Below are positions 35,758-51,899 of a stretch of DNA of 64,000 bases, in pieces. The notes beneath the pieces are model-generated. The model was not told where the DNA came from. It was given only the letters and a program-made list of their open reading frames with translations, and searched no databases. Position numbers and translations under genes: made by a program. Source of the stretch: an uncultured Planctomycetia bacterium (GTDB lineage Bacteria > Planctomycetota > GCA-002687715 > DRQF01); the NCBI GenBank assembly GCA_964559135.1, contig CAZLGG010000001.1, positions 72,163-136,162 on the forward strand, in the 5' to 3' direction. Numbering within the stretch: the first letter of the stretch is position 1; every line of letters starts with the position of its first letter.

Positions 35758-37860
35758 ATGGACGCACATGCCCTTGAAGTTCTGGAGTTCCATCGGCTCC
35801 GAGATCACCTCGCCTCGCGCTGCCAGTCGGAGCCCGGCCGCGGCGTCGCCAAGTCTCTCGAGCCTTCGGCGGACCGTGAGCGTATCCAGACGGCGCTGCG
35901 GCAGACCGACGAGGCACGGGCCCACCTGGACCGAGGCGAATCCCTTCCCCTGACCGGAATCGGCTCACCCCGCGCCCTTCTCCACCGCGTGCGCAAGGCG
36001 GGTCGCCCCCTCGAGCCCCGGGAGCTCCTCGAACTCCACCGCACGCTTCGCACGGCCCGCGATCTGAAGGCCGTGCTCGACCGTGAACGCGCTCGCATGC
36101 CCTCTCTGGCGGCCCTCTCCGATCAGTTCCTGGATCTCTGTGCCCTGGAGGACCTCATCGATGCCGCCATCGAGACCCCCGGCCGACTGCGCGATCGGGC
36201 CAGTGCGAAGCTGTGGGAGATTCGACGCGCCCGTTTGGAAGTCGAAGAGACCATCCGGGGGAAACTGAAGGAGCTGGGAGAGCGCAAGGAATACCGCAGA
36301 GCCCTCCAGAACCCGGGCTTCACCCTTCGCGGCGGACGATACGTCTTCGCCGTGAAGCTGGAAATGAAGGGGCACGTGCCGGGCATCCTCCACGATCACT
36401 CCCAAACCGGCGCCACCGCCTTCATCGAACCTCAGGCCGTCGTTCCCCTCACCAATCGCCTTCGCGAACTCAAGGACGACGAACGGAAGGAGGAGGGGCG
36501 TATCCTCTGGGAACTCACTCACGCGGTGCACAGGGAGAAGAACGCCTTCGTCCACACGGAGAGCCTGTTGGCCTGGTTCGACTTCACCTGGGCGAAGGCT
36601 CTACTTTCCAAGGAATTCTCCATGCGATCGCCCGAGGTCTCCCGTGATGGGACCTTGGTGGTCCCCGACGCCCGTCACCCGCTGCTCCTCCTCGAGCGTT
36701 CCCCGGACGAGCGGGGCGAGGTCGTTCCAGTGAGCTATCGCTTGCGGGATTCCTTCCGAATCCTCGTCGTCACGGGTCCGAACACGGGAGGCAAGACCGT
36801 CACCCTCAAGACGGTCGGTCTGCTGCAGTTGATGTTCCAGGCCGGCCTTCACCTCAGCACCGGGGAAGGCGCGCGGCTTCCCGTCTTCCGCGACGTGGGC
36901 GCCGACATCGGCGACGAGCAGAGTCTGACGCAGAATCTGTCGACGTTTTCGGGACATGTCCGCAACATCGCGCGCATTCTCGAGGGTGCGGACAAACGGT
37001 CGTTGGTGCTCCTCGACGAGTTGGGCGCCGGCACCGATCCGGCCGAAGGAGCGGCCTTGGGGCTGGCGATCCTGGAGGCGTTGCGCGACCGCCGCGCGGC
37101 GGTGGTGGTGACCACTCACCTCGGGGGGTTGAAGGAATTCGCCTACCGTCACGGGGACGTGGAGAACGCCAGTGTCGAATTCGACGCCCAGAGTCTGAAG
37201 CCGACGTATCGCCTCATGATCGGCATTCCCGGAAACAGCAACGCCTTGGAGATCGCTGGACGGCATGGCATCGATGCGGCCCTCATCGATCGGGCCAAGG
37301 AATTGCTGGGGGACGGGAGCCGTCGGGCGGAGCACCTCATCGAGAGCCTCGTCGAATCCCGCCGGACGGCGGAGGAAGTCCGCACCCGCAGTGAAAAGCA
37401 CCTCCAGAAGTCCAAGAATCTCCAAAAGGCCGCTGAGGAGCGGCATCGGCATCTGGAGAAACGAGAGCGCCGCCTGCAGGCCGAGGCTCGCAAGGTCCTC
37501 GACGAAGCGCTTCGGGTGTTTCGCAGTCGCGTCGAACCGGTGATCAAGCAGCTCAATGGGTCGGGCAAAGCGGGGCGGGAGGCCGCCCGGACCTTGGAAG
37601 AGGCCTTGAGGCATCTCGGACGGGACGGCGACCTGGGCCGTCGGCGGCGGGAGTTCCTGGACGGGCTGAGGAAAGAGGACCGGGTGTGGATCCCGCGATT
37701 CGGAGAACTCTGTCGCATCCGCAAGATCCATCGGGCGGATGAACGCCTGACAGTGATCTTGGGGGGCCTCACCGCCGACGTGTCGTTCGACGACGTGAGT
37801 CTGGTCCCGGCGGAGGAGATCCTCGCTCTTCTCGACCTCGTGGGGCGGGACGGGACTTAG
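35758..37860 (+). CDS. mutS2: MutS2-family protein (endonuclease MutS2) apparently lacking the C-terminal Smr domain
   Basis: MutS domain with Walker A GPNTGGKTVTLKTVG and Walker B LVLLDELGAGTDP. KOW-like C-terminal segment. The ORF stops right after LLDLVGRDGT, where an Smr domain would normally begin. Confidence 0.8.
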   Translation: MDAHALEVLEFHRLRDHLASRCQSEPGRGVAKSLEPSADRERIQTALRQTDEARAHLDRGESLPLTGIGSPRALLHRVRKAGRPLEPRELLELHRTLRTARDLKAVLDRERARMPSLAALSDQFLDLCALEDLIDAAIETPGRLRDRASAKLWEIRRARLEVEETIRGKLKELGERKEYRRALQNPGFTLRGGRYVFAVKLEMKGHVPGILHDHSQTGATAFIEPQAVVPLTNRLRELKDDERKEEGRILWELTHAVHREKNAFVHTESLLAWFDFTWAKALLSKEFSMRSPEVSRDGTLVVPDARHPLLLLERSPDERGEVVPVSYRLRDSFRILVVTGPNTGGKTVTLKTVGLLQLMFQAGLHLSTGEGARLPVFRDVGADIGDEQSLTQNLSTFSGHVRNIARILEGADKRSLVLLDELGAGTDPAEGAALGLAILEALRDRRAAVVVTTHLGGLKEFAYRHGDVENASVEFDAQSLKPTYRLMIGIPGNSNALEIAGRHGIDAALIDRAKELLGDGSRRAEHLIESLVESRRTAEEVRTRSEKHLQKSKNLQKAAEERHRHLEKRERRLQAEARKVLDEALRVFRSRVEPVIKQLNGSGKAGREAARTLEEALRHLGRDGDLGRRRREFLDGLRKEDRVWIPRFGELCRIRKIHRADERLTVILGGLTADVSFDDVSLVPAEEILALLDLVGRDGT

Positions 37861-38119
37861 AGGGCGGGAACGGAAATCCGCGGGGTGAAGCGTGAGGCAC
37901 AGGGCTGCGCATGGCCCTTCGACCCCGCGAGCCCAAGGCCCACCTTGACGGCGAGGGCGATTCTTGCCAAGCTGATCCGCTTCGGCTTGTCCTCCTTCTC
38001 TTGCCTATCATCTGCTGGGAAAGGGACTTCGGATCGCTCGGAGTATTTCGTCTCCTTGGCCTTGATCGGCCCCGTGCGCCCAATAAGATCTGGGCTCATT
38101 TGGCGAGCGGGGTCGCCCT

Positions 38120-38192
38120 GCCAGCGTAGCTCAGTTGGTAGAGCAGCGGTTTTGTAAACCGCAGGTCGTCGGTTCGAGCCCGACCGTTGGCT
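38120..38192 (+). tRNA. tRNA-Thr (anticodon UGU)
   Basis: Cloverleaf read by eye. Acceptor GCCAGCG/CGTTGGC (one G-U), D-arm TAGCTCAGTTGGTAGAGC, anticodon loop TTTGTAA, T-arm GTCGG-TTCGAGC-CCGAC. Confidence 0.8.
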
Positions 38193-38306
38193 CTTCAATC
38201 ACCGGCTGCGAGGCTGGGCGTTCGTTAGTCAAAGGCATGTGAGGCAGAGGGTTACGACAGAATCTCTTTTCGGGATCTGAGGTATTCCTTCGGCGGATCA
38301 GCCTCG

Positions 38307-38390
38307 GGAGAGATGCCGGAGTGGTCAAACGGGGCGGACTGTAAATCCGTTGCGCATCGCGCTACGAAGGTTCGAATCCTTCTCTCTCCA
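38307..38390 (+). tRNA. tRNA-Tyr (anticodon GUA), long variable arm
   Basis: GGAGAGATGCCGGAGTGGTCAAACGGGGCGGACTGTAAATCCGTTGCGCATCGCGCTACGAAGGTTCGAATCCTTCTCTCTCCA. Acceptor GGAGAGA/TCTCTCC. Anticodon loop CTGTAAA. Confidence 0.85.
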
Positions 38391-38459
38391 CTGGGAGGCC
38401 GCGCCTCGCGGTCAAGTTTTTTGGGATGCCTTCCCTGGAAGGCTGTTGATGAATTCGCT

Positions 38460-38531
38460 GCTGCTGTGGCTCAGAGGTAGAGCACGTCCTTGGTAAGGAC
38501 GGGGTCGCGGGTTCGATTCCCGCCAGCAGCT
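38460..38531 (+). tRNA. tRNA-Thr (anticodon GGU)
   Basis: Acceptor GCTGCTG/CAGCAGC. Anticodon stem-loop CGTCC-TTGGTAA-GGACG. T-arm GCGGG-TTCGATT-CCCGC. Overlaps the spurious N-terminal extension of the tuf ORF in the track. Confidence 0.8.
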
Positions 38532-38636
38532 CTTCGTGTTGCTGCCGGGACGGACCGGCGGCGAGCCTGTAGTGAAGGATCGTTGCTGGGAACGGCCGCA
38601 TCCGGCGGTCCCCGAGACGCAAGGAGTAAGTCCAAG

Positions 38637-39842
<1,206 letters not shown>

Positions 39843-39892
39843 GACCAAGGCGGTGTGGTCGTGGTCGACCAGCCGTGAGAAAAGAACCGTTG

Positions 39893-39921
39893 ACCGCGGG
39901 AGCTTTCAAGGCTCCCGCGGT
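39893..39921 (+). terminator. 11-bp perfect hairpin (ACCGCGGGAGC-TTTCAAG-GCTCCCGCGGT), 50 nt after the tuf stop and before secE
   Basis: Read directly. Weak T content downstream (GTCCTGTCT). Candidate terminator/attenuator separating tuf from secE–nusG. Confidence 0.45.
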
Positions 39922-39971
39922 GTCCTGTCTGGCGAAGCCGCCGGACGTCAACCGAGACACGAGGGCGCAGC

Positions 39972-40397
39972 GTGGAGATCTACAAGAAAGGGGACGGCAA
40001 GCTGACCCGTCGAGTGGCCTTCTACGGCCTGCTCATCCTCATCGTGTGGGGATTCAAGGATCTCAGTTTGTGGCTGTCTCGGTGGGAGGTCTGGAGGCAC
40101 GTCATCATGGGCGCCTTTCCGCTGCCTCTGTACGAGCAGCGCCTCACCACCGGCGTGGCCCTCAGCATCGTCTTGACGATTGTGACGGCCTATCTGTGTT
40201 TCAAATGGTTGAACGGGCCGAAGCTCGGTCAGCTGTTGATCGACACGGAAACCGAACTGCGCAAGGTCGCTTGGCCCAGTTGGGATGACGCTCGTCAGTC
40301 GACGGTGATCGTGTTGATCTTCGTCGCGTTCACCGCTTTCTATCTCACGGTGGTCGAAGTGGTCTTGAAGAAGATCTTCGATCTGATCCTGATATGA
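39972..40397 (+). CDS. secE: Preprotein translocase subunit SecE (three-TM form)
   Basis: C-terminal ELRKVAWPSWDDARQSTVIVLIFVAFTAFYLTVVEVVLKKIF matches the SecE signature. Two additional N-terminal TM helices. Start codon is GTG, so the start is uncertain. Stop overlaps the nusG ATG. Confidence 0.75.
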   Translation: MEIYKKGDGKLTRRVAFYGLLILIVWGFKDLSLWLSRWEVWRHVIMGAFPLPLYEQRLTTGVALSIVLTIVTAYLCFKWLNGPKLGQLLIDTETELRKVAWPSWDDARQSTVIVLIFVAFTAFYLTVVEVVLKKIFDLILI

Positions 40398-40966
40398 CGG
40401 AGGCGGATTCGATGCCCGAAGCCGAGGCTCCCTCCTGGTACGCCATCCGGGTCCAGAGCAACAAGGAGGAACAGGTCAAACGGACCCTCCTCCGCAAGAT
40501 CGAAACCCACGGTCTCGAAGACAAGATCAAGGATGTCGCGGTTCCGGTCCGCAAGTTCGAGGAAATCAAGAATGGCCGCAAGCGGGTGCGTTCGGAAAAA
40601 GTCTATCCGGGCTACGTCCTCGTTCAGATGATCCTGGACGATCAGGCCTGGCTGTTCATCCGAGAAACCGCGGGGGTCCGCGATTTCGTCGGGTCCCATG
40701 CAGGAAGCAACAAGAAGCCCTATCCTCTCACCGACGAAGAGGCCGCCCAGATGTTCGGTGGCGGCGAGGAGGAGGCTGAGAAGCCCGTCCTGAAGATCGA
40801 CTTCAAGGTCGGCGAGCAAGTGAAAATCAAGGACGGCCCCTTCGAGGACTTCGACGGTGTCGTCGAGGAAATCATGCCCGACAAGGGCCGTATCCGCGTC
40901 ACCGTAAACATTTTCGGCCGTGCGGCTCCCGTGGAACTGGAGTACTGGCAGGCCGAGAAGATCTGA
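40394..40966 (+). CDS. nusG: Transcription termination/antitermination factor NusG
   Basis: [16 protein letters not shown]…PGYVLVQM… KOW region [21 protein letters not shown]. Confidence 0.9.
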   Translation: MTEADSMPEAEAPSWYAIRVQSNKEEQVKRTLLRKIETHGLEDKIKDVAVPVRKFEEIKNGRKRVRSEKVYPGYVLVQMILDDQAWLFIRETAGVRDFVGSHAGSNKKPYPLTDEEAAQMFGGGEEEAEKPVLKIDFKVGEQVKIKDGPFEDFDGVVEEIMPDKGRIRVTVNIFGRAAPVELEYWQAEKI

Positions 40967-40979
40967 AGGAACGACCACC

Positions 40980-41405
40980 ATGGCCAAGGCAGTCAAAGCC
41001 AAGATCAAATTGCAGTGCCCTGGGGGGCAGGCCACGCCGGCGCCGCCGGTGGGTCCGGCCCTCGGTCAGCATGGCGTCAACATCGGCGAGTTCGTCAAGC
41101 GTTTCAACGACGCGACCCGGGATCAGGCGGGAATGATCATCCCCGTTGAGATCTCGGTGTTCAGTGACCGGACTTTCGATTTCATCCTGAAGTCGCCTCC
41201 CGCCGCCGTCCTCTTGAAGAAAGCGGCCGGAGTCGTCAAGGGTTCCGGTGAGCCCAATACCCATTTCGTGGGGACGGTGACGCGGGACCAGGTGAAGGAG
41301 ATCGCTGAGATCAAGAAGGAGGGGCTGAACGCCGCTTCGACGGATGCCGCGATGCGCATCATCGAGGGGACGGCCCGGTCGATGGGAATCAAGGTCGTCG
41401 ACTGA
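40980..41405 (+). CDS. rplK: 50S ribosomal protein L11
   Basis: [43 protein letters not shown]. Start by codon count from the ORF track. Confidence 0.95.
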   Translation: MAKAVKAKIKLQCPGGQATPAPPVGPALGQHGVNIGEFVKRFNDATRDQAGMIIPVEISVFSDRTFDFILKSPPAAVLLKKAAGVVKGSGEPNTHFVGTVTRDQVKEIAEIKKEGLNAASTDAAMRIIEGTARSMGIKVVD

Positions 41406-41518
41406 CGATCGAGAACGAGCGGCGTCGCCAACGACGTCGCCGCAGGGTTTCGGTGGGAGACGCCCGGGGCGCCGTTTGACCACCGAAGTCATCACCCGCG
41501 CCCCATGGAGTGAGTTAT

Positions 41519-42196
41519 ATGCCGAAACGAAGCAAGCGCTTCCTCTCGGCGAAGCAGTTGGCCCCGCAGGAGCCCCAGGACGTGTCGACCGCGGTCGGCA
41601 TCCTTCAGGGTATGCCGAAGGCCAAGTTCGACGAGACCGTCGAGCTGGCCGTCAAGTTGGGGGTCGACCCGAAGAAGTCGGACCAGATGGTGCGTGGAGC
41701 GATTTCGCTTCCCCACGGTATCGGCAAGACTCTTCGCGTCATCTGCTTCGCGGAAGGCCCCAAGGCCGAGGAAGCCAAGGCTGCCGGTGCCGTTGAGGTG
41801 GGGTCCGCCGACTTGGCCAAGAAGATCGAGGGGGGATGGATGGACTTCGACGTCGCCGTCGCCACGCCCGATCAAATGCGTCATGTGGGTCGACTCGGCC
41901 GCATCTTGGGACCGCAGGGGAAAATGCCGAGCCCGAAGGCCGGCACCGTGACCACGGATGTGACCACCGCGGTGTCCGAATTCGTGGCCGGAAAGATCGA
42001 GTTCCGAGTGGATTCGGGGGGAAACGTCCACGCACCCGTGGGCAAGCGTTCGTTCGATGCGCAAAAGATCGTCGACAACGTGGAATTCCTCCTGCGCCAT
42101 CTCATTTCGGTCAAGCCGTCCGCGGCCCGCGGGACCTACATGCAGAAGGCAGCTTTGAGCGCCACCATGAGTCCCTCGGTGTCGTTGAAGGTCTGA
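41519..42196 (+). CDS. rplA: 50S ribosomal protein L1
   Basis: MPKRSKRFLSAKQ… ATG 41519 with GGAG upstream. The track's GTG at 41510 is less likely. Confidence 0.93.
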   Translation: MPKRSKRFLSAKQLAPQEPQDVSTAVGILQGMPKAKFDETVELAVKLGVDPKKSDQMVRGAISLPHGIGKTLRVICFAEGPKAEEAKAAGAVEVGSADLAKKIEGGWMDFDVAVATPDQMRHVGRLGRILGPQGKMPSPKAGTVTTDVTTAVSEFVAGKIEFRVDSGGNVHAPVGKRSFDAQKIVDNVEFLLRHLISVKPSAARGTYMQKAALSATMSPSVSLKV

Positions 42197-42221
42197 CGTT
42201 GACGACGAAAGGAAAACCATC

Positions 42222-42746
42222 ATGAGTCGAGCCATGAAGGAAGCCATCGTCGGGCAGATCCGCCAGACCCTCGAGGGGCAGGATTCGCTTGTACTGGTCG
42301 ACGAGTCCAAGTTGACCGTGGAAGAGAATCAGACCTTGCGCGAGGAGCTGAGGAAAGAGGACATCCACCTCTTCCACCTCCGCAATCGTCTGGCCGGAAT
42401 CGCGTTCGAACAACAAGGCTTCCAAGGATTGAAGGACTTGCTTGCTGGACCGGTGGCCATGGCCTTCGGCGGCGAGGGGGCCATCGCGATCTCGAAGATC
42501 GTGGTGGACCAGGCGAAGAAGCTCAAGGCGCTGAGAGTCATCGGAGGCTTCATCGACGGGAAGGTCATCGACCCGCCCGGCGTCGAAGCTCTTTCGAAGA
42601 TGCCCGGTCGCAAGGAGCTGCAGTCCATGGTGCTTCAGGGGTTCTTTGGCCCCGTGAGCGACTTCCACGCCTCCATGGAAAACCTCTTCACCGAGGTCCA
42701 CGGTCTGTTGGAGGCTTTGGAGACGAAGAAAACGGAGGAAGGCTGA
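42222..42746 (+). CDS. rplJ: 50S ribosomal protein L10
   Basis: MSRAMKEAIVGQIRQTLEGQDSLVLVD…. Confidence 0.93.
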   Translation: MSRAMKEAIVGQIRQTLEGQDSLVLVDESKLTVEENQTLREELRKEDIHLFHLRNRLAGIAFEQQGFQGLKDLLAGPVAMAFGGEGAIAISKIVVDQAKKLKALRVIGGFIDGKVIDPPGVEALSKMPGRKELQSMVLQGFFGPVSDFHASMENLFTEVHGLLEALETKKTEEG

Positions 42747-42816
42747 ATCGGCCTTCCAGGGATGAATTTTGGAACTCCCGCGCCTCGGACGGGCGCGGAA
42801 TCGCAGGAGCAGAAGA

Positions 42817-43206
42817 ATGTCGGAATATACTGAGAAGACTCAGCAGATCTTGAACAGCATCGGTGAGATGACCGTCATGGAACTCGTCGAGCTGAAGGAA
42901 GCGTTCAAAGAGACCTTCAAGGTCGAGGCTGCGGCGCCGGTTTTCGCGGGCGCGATGCCCGGCGCGGGCGGCGGCGAGGCCGAGGCCGAAGAAAAGACGG
43001 AGTTCGATGTCGAGCTGAAGGGTATCGGCGGCAACAAGATCGCCGTGATCAAGGCCGTTCGATCCATCACCGGTCTCGGACTGAAGGAAGCCAAGGAGCT
43101 GGTGGACGGCGCCCCCAAGGTGGTGAAGTCCGGCGTCTCCAAGGACGAGGCCGACGAGATCAAGAAGCAGCTTGACGACGCCGGGGCCGAAGTCGAGATC
43201 AAGTAG
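42817..43206 (+). CDS. rplL: 50S ribosomal protein L7/L12
   Basis: [31 protein letters not shown]… Ala/Gly hinge, C-terminal [19 protein letters not shown]. Start at internal ATG 42817. Confidence 0.95.
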   Translation: MSEYTEKTQQILNSIGEMTVMELVELKEAFKETFKVEAAAPVFAGAMPGAGGGEAEAEEKTEFDVELKGIGGNKIAVIKAVRSITGLGLKEAKELVDGAPKVVKSGVSKDEADEIKKQLDDAGAEVEIK

Positions 43207-43219
43207 GCTTGGTTCGCAA

Positions 43220-43236
43220 GGATGCCTTCGGCGTCC
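43220..43236 (+). promoter_or_regulatory. 7-bp stem-loop (GGATGCC-TTC-GGCGTCC, one G-U), 14 nt after the rplL stop, within a 277-nt rplL–rpoB leader
   Basis: Read directly. Position analogous to the rplL–rpoB attenuator known in E. coli. Confidence 0.3.
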
Positions 43237-43483
43237 GGCCTGAAATCGGAGGGCTGCCGGCCTGCAGCGACTTCGAAGCGAGGACAGGGACGGCGAGGCG
43301 CGGAAGCAGGACTTTCGCGCCTGCGCCCTCTGTCCGTTGAGACCTGGAGGGGGCGGGATTTCACGCCCCTGGAATCGAAATCGGGACTCGGCGGGAGCCG
43401 AATCCCTCATCGCGGATGTGAGCGCCGCGGCGTCCCCATGGCGGCAGGGGACGCGGTTGGGCGCCGGCGAATAGGGAGCGAAC

Positions 43484-46400
43484 ATGGCACGGGCAGCATT
43501 CCCCACTGAAATCCGCAACTACGGCAGGCATCGGACCGTCCTCGACGTTCCGAATCTCATCGCGCTCCAATTGGACGCCTATGAGCAGTTTCTCCAGCCC
43601 AATGTTGCACCCGCCGATCGGGCGGCGCAGGGTCTCGAGGCGATCATTCGGGAGGTGTTCCCGATCGAGAGTTACGACAAGACGTTGTCTCTCGAGTATC
43701 TGGGGTACGAGTTGGGGCGACCACGGTATACACCGTCGGAGTGCCGCAACCTGCGCCTGACTTACAGCATGCCGTTCAAGGTCCGGTGTCGCCTCAACAA
43801 GGCGGAGCCGGTGGAGGAAGACGTCTATCTCGGCGAGATCCCCATCATGGTGGGGGGAGGCGAATTCATCGTGAACGGTGCGGAGCGGGTCATCGTGAGT
43901 CAGCTCCATCGCTCTCCGGGCGTCGACTTCTCGGTGGACGTTCAGGCCAACGAGAAGAAGCTCCATTCCTGTTGGATCATTCCGGAGCGGGGCTCCTGGA
44001 TCGAGATCTCCGTCAGCAAAAAGGACGTGCTGCAGGTCAAGATCGACCAGAGCGGAAAGTTCCTCGCGACGACGCTTCTTCGGGCGATGGACAGCCGCTA
44101 TTCCAGCGACGAGGACATCATTCGCCTCTTCCATGACACCAAGAAGTTCACCGTCAATACCCGCAACCTTCCGAAGCTCAAGGACAAACACGTCGTCGGC
44201 GACATCGTGGATACCGAGACGGGTGAGGTGCTCATGTCCAGCGGCGAGCAGCTCACCGAGGAGTATCTGAAGATCCTTCAGGCCTCGAAGATGAAGAGCG
44301 TCGAGGTGATCGAGAAGGTCTCCGATTTCCTCGTCTTGAACACGCTGCGCGAGGACAATGTCAAGACCCACGAAGACGCGTTGCTGAAGATCTACAGCCG
44401 TTTCCGTCCCGGGAACCCGCCGCAGATCGAGAAGGCGAAGGATCTTTTCGATGAGAAGTTCCGCGACCCGGCACGGTACCGCTTGGGGAAGGTCGGTCGG
44501 TTCCGATTGAACCGGAAGTTCAAGCAGGACGTGCCCGAGGATTGCATGACGCCTCAGGTCGAGGACCTGATCAGCGCCATGAAATACATTCTCGACCTAC
44601 GTGCCGGCAAGGGGCAAGTGGACGACATCGATCACTTGGGCAACCGGCGTGTGCGAACCATCGCGGAGCTGGCCGCGGACGAATTCCGCAAGGGGTTCTT
44701 GAAGCTGCGCAAGACCGCTCAGGAGAGGATGAATATCGAGAAGGAGAACGTCACTCCTCGCACGCTGATCAACGCGAAGACCATCAGCTCTTCCATCGAT
44801 TACTTCTTTGGACGGGGCGAACTCTCCCAGGTCGTCGACCAGACGAATCCGTTGTCGCAGCTCACGCATGAGCGGCGACTTTCGGCTCTCGGCCCTGGGG
44901 GATTGAACCGGAAACGTGCGGGTTTCGAAGTTCGAGACGTGCACATTTCGCACTACGGGCGCATCTGCCCGATCGAGACGCCGGAAGGTACGAACATCGG
45001 CCTCATCGCTTCCGTGGGCCTCTTCGCCGACGTCGATGAATACGGCTTTCTGATCACGCCGTACCGAGTCGTCGAGAAGCGGAAGGTGACCGACGAGGTC
45101 AAGTGGTTGCGCGCCGATGAGGAGAGCGAGTCCGTCATCGTTCCGGCGGACACCGCGCTCGATCGGAACCGTCGCATTCCGGCCGGACGCGCCCTCGCTC
45201 GTGCTTGGGGGGATATGAAGTGGGTGGACGCGAAGGAAGTCCAATACATGGACGTATCTCCCATGCAGATCGTGGGAGTTTCCTCGAGCCTCATCCCCTT
45301 CCTCGAGCACGACGATGCCAACCGAGCCCTCATGGGTTCGAACATGCAGCGTCAGGCTGTCCCTCTCGTCGTGACCGAGCCTCCGCTCATCGCCACAGGG
45401 ATGGAAAAGGAGGTTGCGAAGAACTCGGGCATGGTGGTCCGGGCACGGCACGCCGGCGTGGTCAAGAAAGTGACGTCCGTCGAGATTGAGGTGGGGGATG
45501 ACCTCTATCCCCTTCGGAAATTCGTCGGCCTCAACGAGCGGACCTGCCTCAACCAGACGCCCACGGTGCGGCTGGGCGACAAGATCGAAGAGGGACAAAT
45601 CATCGCGGACGGCGCGGCCACCCACAATGGTGAGCTGGCGCTCGGTCGCAACGTCTTCGTCGGGTTCATGACGTGGGACGGCTACAACTTCGAGGATGCG
45701 GTCCTCGTGAGCGAGAAACTCGTGAAGGAGGACGTTTTCACGTCCATTCACATCGACGAGTTCGAGATCGAGATTCGCGAGACGAAGCTGGGCCGCGAGG
45801 AATTCACGCGTGACATTCCCAACGTGCCCGAGCGGATGCTGAAGAACCTCGATGAGTCCGGCATCGTGCGTATCGGCACACATGTCCGCCCCGGGGACAT
45901 CCTCGTCGGAAAGGTGGCGCCAAAGAGCAAGAACGAGCTTTCGCCCGAGGAAAAACTCCTCCACGCCATCTTCGGACGTGCGGGTGAGGACGTGAAAAAC
46001 GATTCCCTCGAAGTGTCTCCCGGTGTGGAAGGCGTGGTCATCGATGCTCAGAAGTTCTCCCGCAAGGTGAATATGACCGAGGAGGAGCGTCAGAAGAATT
46101 TGGCCGAGATCAAGAAGGCCGAGACGCGTTTCCTCGAGCGCTACCGCGAGAGCCTGAAGCAGCTCATCGACCGTTTGGTGGAGATCGGGAAGGGCGACCT
46201 CATCGATCCCAACACCAAGGAGGCCGTGACTGCCGACGCAGCGGAAAACTATTACCTCTGCAAGTTGGTTCGCGAGCAGATCCTGGCCGCGGTCGATGCC
46301 ACCTTCACGAAGGGCAAGAAACGCGAATCGGCCCTGCACGCCATCAAGACCTACTTCGAGCGGATCGACTCCTTCGAGAGCGAGAAGACGAAGCTCGTGA

Positions 46401-47197
46401 ACCGTTTGTCGCGAGGCGACGAGTTGCCCACGGGCGTCTTGGAGATGGTGAAGGTCTTCATCGCCACCAAGCGACGGTTGTCGGTGGGGGACAAGATCGC
46501 CGGTCGTCACGGCAACAAGGGTGTCATCGCCCGAATCCTCCCCGAGGAGGACATGCCGTTTTTGGCCGATGGAACGCCCCTCGACGTCTGCTTGAACCCT
46601 CTGGGCGTGCCGAGTCGAATGAACGTCGGTCAGATCCTGGAGACCCACTTGGGGTGGGCCGCCATGGTCAGCGATTTTCAAGCCGTCACGCCTGTTTTCG
46701 ACGGCGCGACCGAGGCCGACATCGAGGACGCCCTCGAGAAGGCCGGCCTTCCGAAGGAGGGCAAAGTTCAGCTGTACGACGGTCGGACGGGCGAGCCCTT
46801 CGAGCAGAAGACGACGGTCGGCTGCATGTACATCTTGAAGTTGCACCACCTGGTGGACGAGAAGATTCACGCCCGCGCGACGGGGCCCTACTCGCTGATC
46901 ACGCAGCAGCCTCTCGGCGGCAAGGCACGCTTCGGCGGTGTGCGGTTCGGAGAGATGGAAGTCTGGGCACTCGAAGCGTACGGCGCGGCCTACATCCTTC
47001 AGGAACTCCTGACGGTGAAGTCGGACGATGTGGACGGGCGGACGAAGATCTACGAATCCATGGTCAAGGGCGAAAACACGCTGGAGGCCGGTACGCCGGT
47101 ATCCTTCGACGTGTTGTGTCACGAATTGCGCGGCCTTTGCCTGAACGTCGAGTTGAGGCGGCGTTCAACGGAAGAGACTGCGGTCCTGGGACTCTGA
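43484..47197 (+). CDS. rpoB: DNA-directed RNA polymerase subunit beta
   Basis: 1237 aa, collinear with RpoB (…[22 protein letters not shown]…). Confidence 0.97.
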   Translation: MARAAFPTEIRNYGRHRTVLDVPNLIALQLDAYEQFLQPNVAPADRAAQGLEAIIREVFPIESYDKTLSLEYLGYELGRPRYTPSECRNLRLTYSMPFKVRCRLNKAEPVEEDVYLGEIPIMVGGGEFIVNGAERVIVSQLHRSPGVDFSVDVQANEKKLHSCWIIPERGSWIEISVSKKDVLQVKIDQSGKFLATTLLRAMDSRYSSDEDIIRLFHDTKKFTVNTRNLPKLKDKHVVGDIVDTETGEVLMSSGEQLTEEYLKILQASKMKSVEVIEKVSDFLVLNTLREDNVKTHEDALLKIYSRFRPGNPPQIEKAKDLFDEKFRDPARYRLGKVGRFRLNRKFKQDVPEDCMTPQVEDLISAMKYILDLRAGKGQVDDIDHLGNRRVRTIAELAADEFRKGFLKLRKTAQERMNIEKENVTPRTLINAKTISSSIDYFFGRGELSQVVDQTNPLSQLTHERRLSALGPGGLNRKRAGFEVRDVHISHYGRICPIETPEGTNIGLIASVGLFADVDEYGFLITPYRVVEKRKVTDEVKWLRADEESESVIVPADTALDRNRRIPAGRALARAWGDMKWVDAKEVQYMDVSPMQIVGVSSSLIPFLEHDDANRALMGSNMQRQAVPLVVTEPPLIATGMEKEVAKNSGMVVRARHAGVVKKVTSVEIEVGDDLYPLRKFVGLNERTCLNQTPTVRLGDKIEEGQIIADGAATHNGELALGRNVFVGFMTWDGYNFEDAVLVSEKLVKEDVFTSIHIDEFEIEIRETKLGREEFTRDIPNVPERMLKNLDESGIVRIGTHVRPGDILVGKVAPKSKNELSPEEKLLHAIFGRAGEDVKNDSLEVSPGVEGVVIDAQKFSRKVNMTEEERQKNLAEIKKAETRFLERYRESLKQLIDRLVEIGKGDLIDPNTKEAVTADAAENYYLCKLVREQILAAVDATFTKGKKRESALHAIKTYFERIDSFESEKTKLVNRLSRGDELPTGVLEMVKVFIATKRRLSVGDKIAGRHGNKGVIARILPEEDMPFLADGTPLDVCLNPLGVPSRMNVGQILETHLGWAAMVSDFQAVTPVFDGATEADIEDALEKAGLPKEGKVQLYDGRTGEPFEQKTTVGCMYILKLHHLVDEKIHARATGPYSLITQQPLGGKARFGGVRFGEMEVWALEAYGAAYILQELLTVKSDDVDGRTKIYESMVKGENTLEAGTPVSFDVLCHELRGLCLNVELRRRSTEETAVLGL

Positions 47198-47216
47198 GCG
47201 ATAGGGGACGGCGAGC

Positions 47217-51305
<4,089 letters not shown>

Positions 51306-51503
51306 CCGAACTCATGTCTTGACGCGGGCATGGAACGTCCTTTCGGGCGGCCTTTCCGCGAAAGAGAGGCGGGTGCGATTGATCGGACCTCTTCGCCTTC
51401 TTAGAATCCGCCCCCTCCGGGATGCCCTCGTCTCTCCGAACGAGATTCGGGACGGGACGGGAAACTGATCGAATTCATTGACCTATTGGGATTTACGTCT
51501 GTT

Positions 51504-51875
51504 ATGCCGACGATCAACCAGCTGGTTCGCAAGGGCCGCAAGAAGATCAAGAAGAAGAGCAAAGCACCGGTTTTGCAGGGTTGTCCCCAGAAAAGTGGCG
51601 TTTGCCTCCAGGTGAAGACCCTCACGCCGAAGAAACCGAACTCCGCTCTCCGGAAGATCGCCCGTGTTCGCCTTTCCAATGGAAAGGAGATCACGGCCTA
51701 CATTCCCGGCGAGGGACACAACCTTCAGGAGCACTCCATCGTGCTGGTGCGGGGAGGCCGGGTGCGCGACCTTCCCGGTGTGCGTTACCACGTGCTCCGG
51801 GGCTGTCTCGATGCCACGGGTGTGGACGATCGTCGCCGAGGACGTTCGAAGTACGGAACGAAGCGGCCTAAGTAA
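51504..51875 (+). CDS. rpsL: 30S ribosomal protein S12
   Basis: [14 protein letters not shown]… (ATG 51504). Confidence 0.95.
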   Translation: MPTINQLVRKGRKKIKKKSKAPVLQGCPQKSGVCLQVKTLTPKKPNSALRKIARVRLSNGKEITAYIPGEGHNLQEHSIVLVRGGRVRDLPGVRYHVLRGCLDATGVDDRRRGRSKYGTKRPK

Positions 51876-51899
51876 GGCCCCTGGAAGGAGACCAGACAG

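Noticed and set aside
37857-38198. 113-aa minus-strand ORF (…GSNRRPAVYKTAALPTELRW…).
   Set aside because: It is the classic reverse-strand translation of a tRNA gene (here tRNA-Thr 38120–38192). Not a protein.
38490-38636. N-terminal extension of the tuf ORF ([10 protein letters not shown]…).
   Set aside because: It runs through tRNA-Thr(GGU). The real start is ATG 38637, with a perfect AAGGAG SD and the canonical EF-Tu N-terminus.
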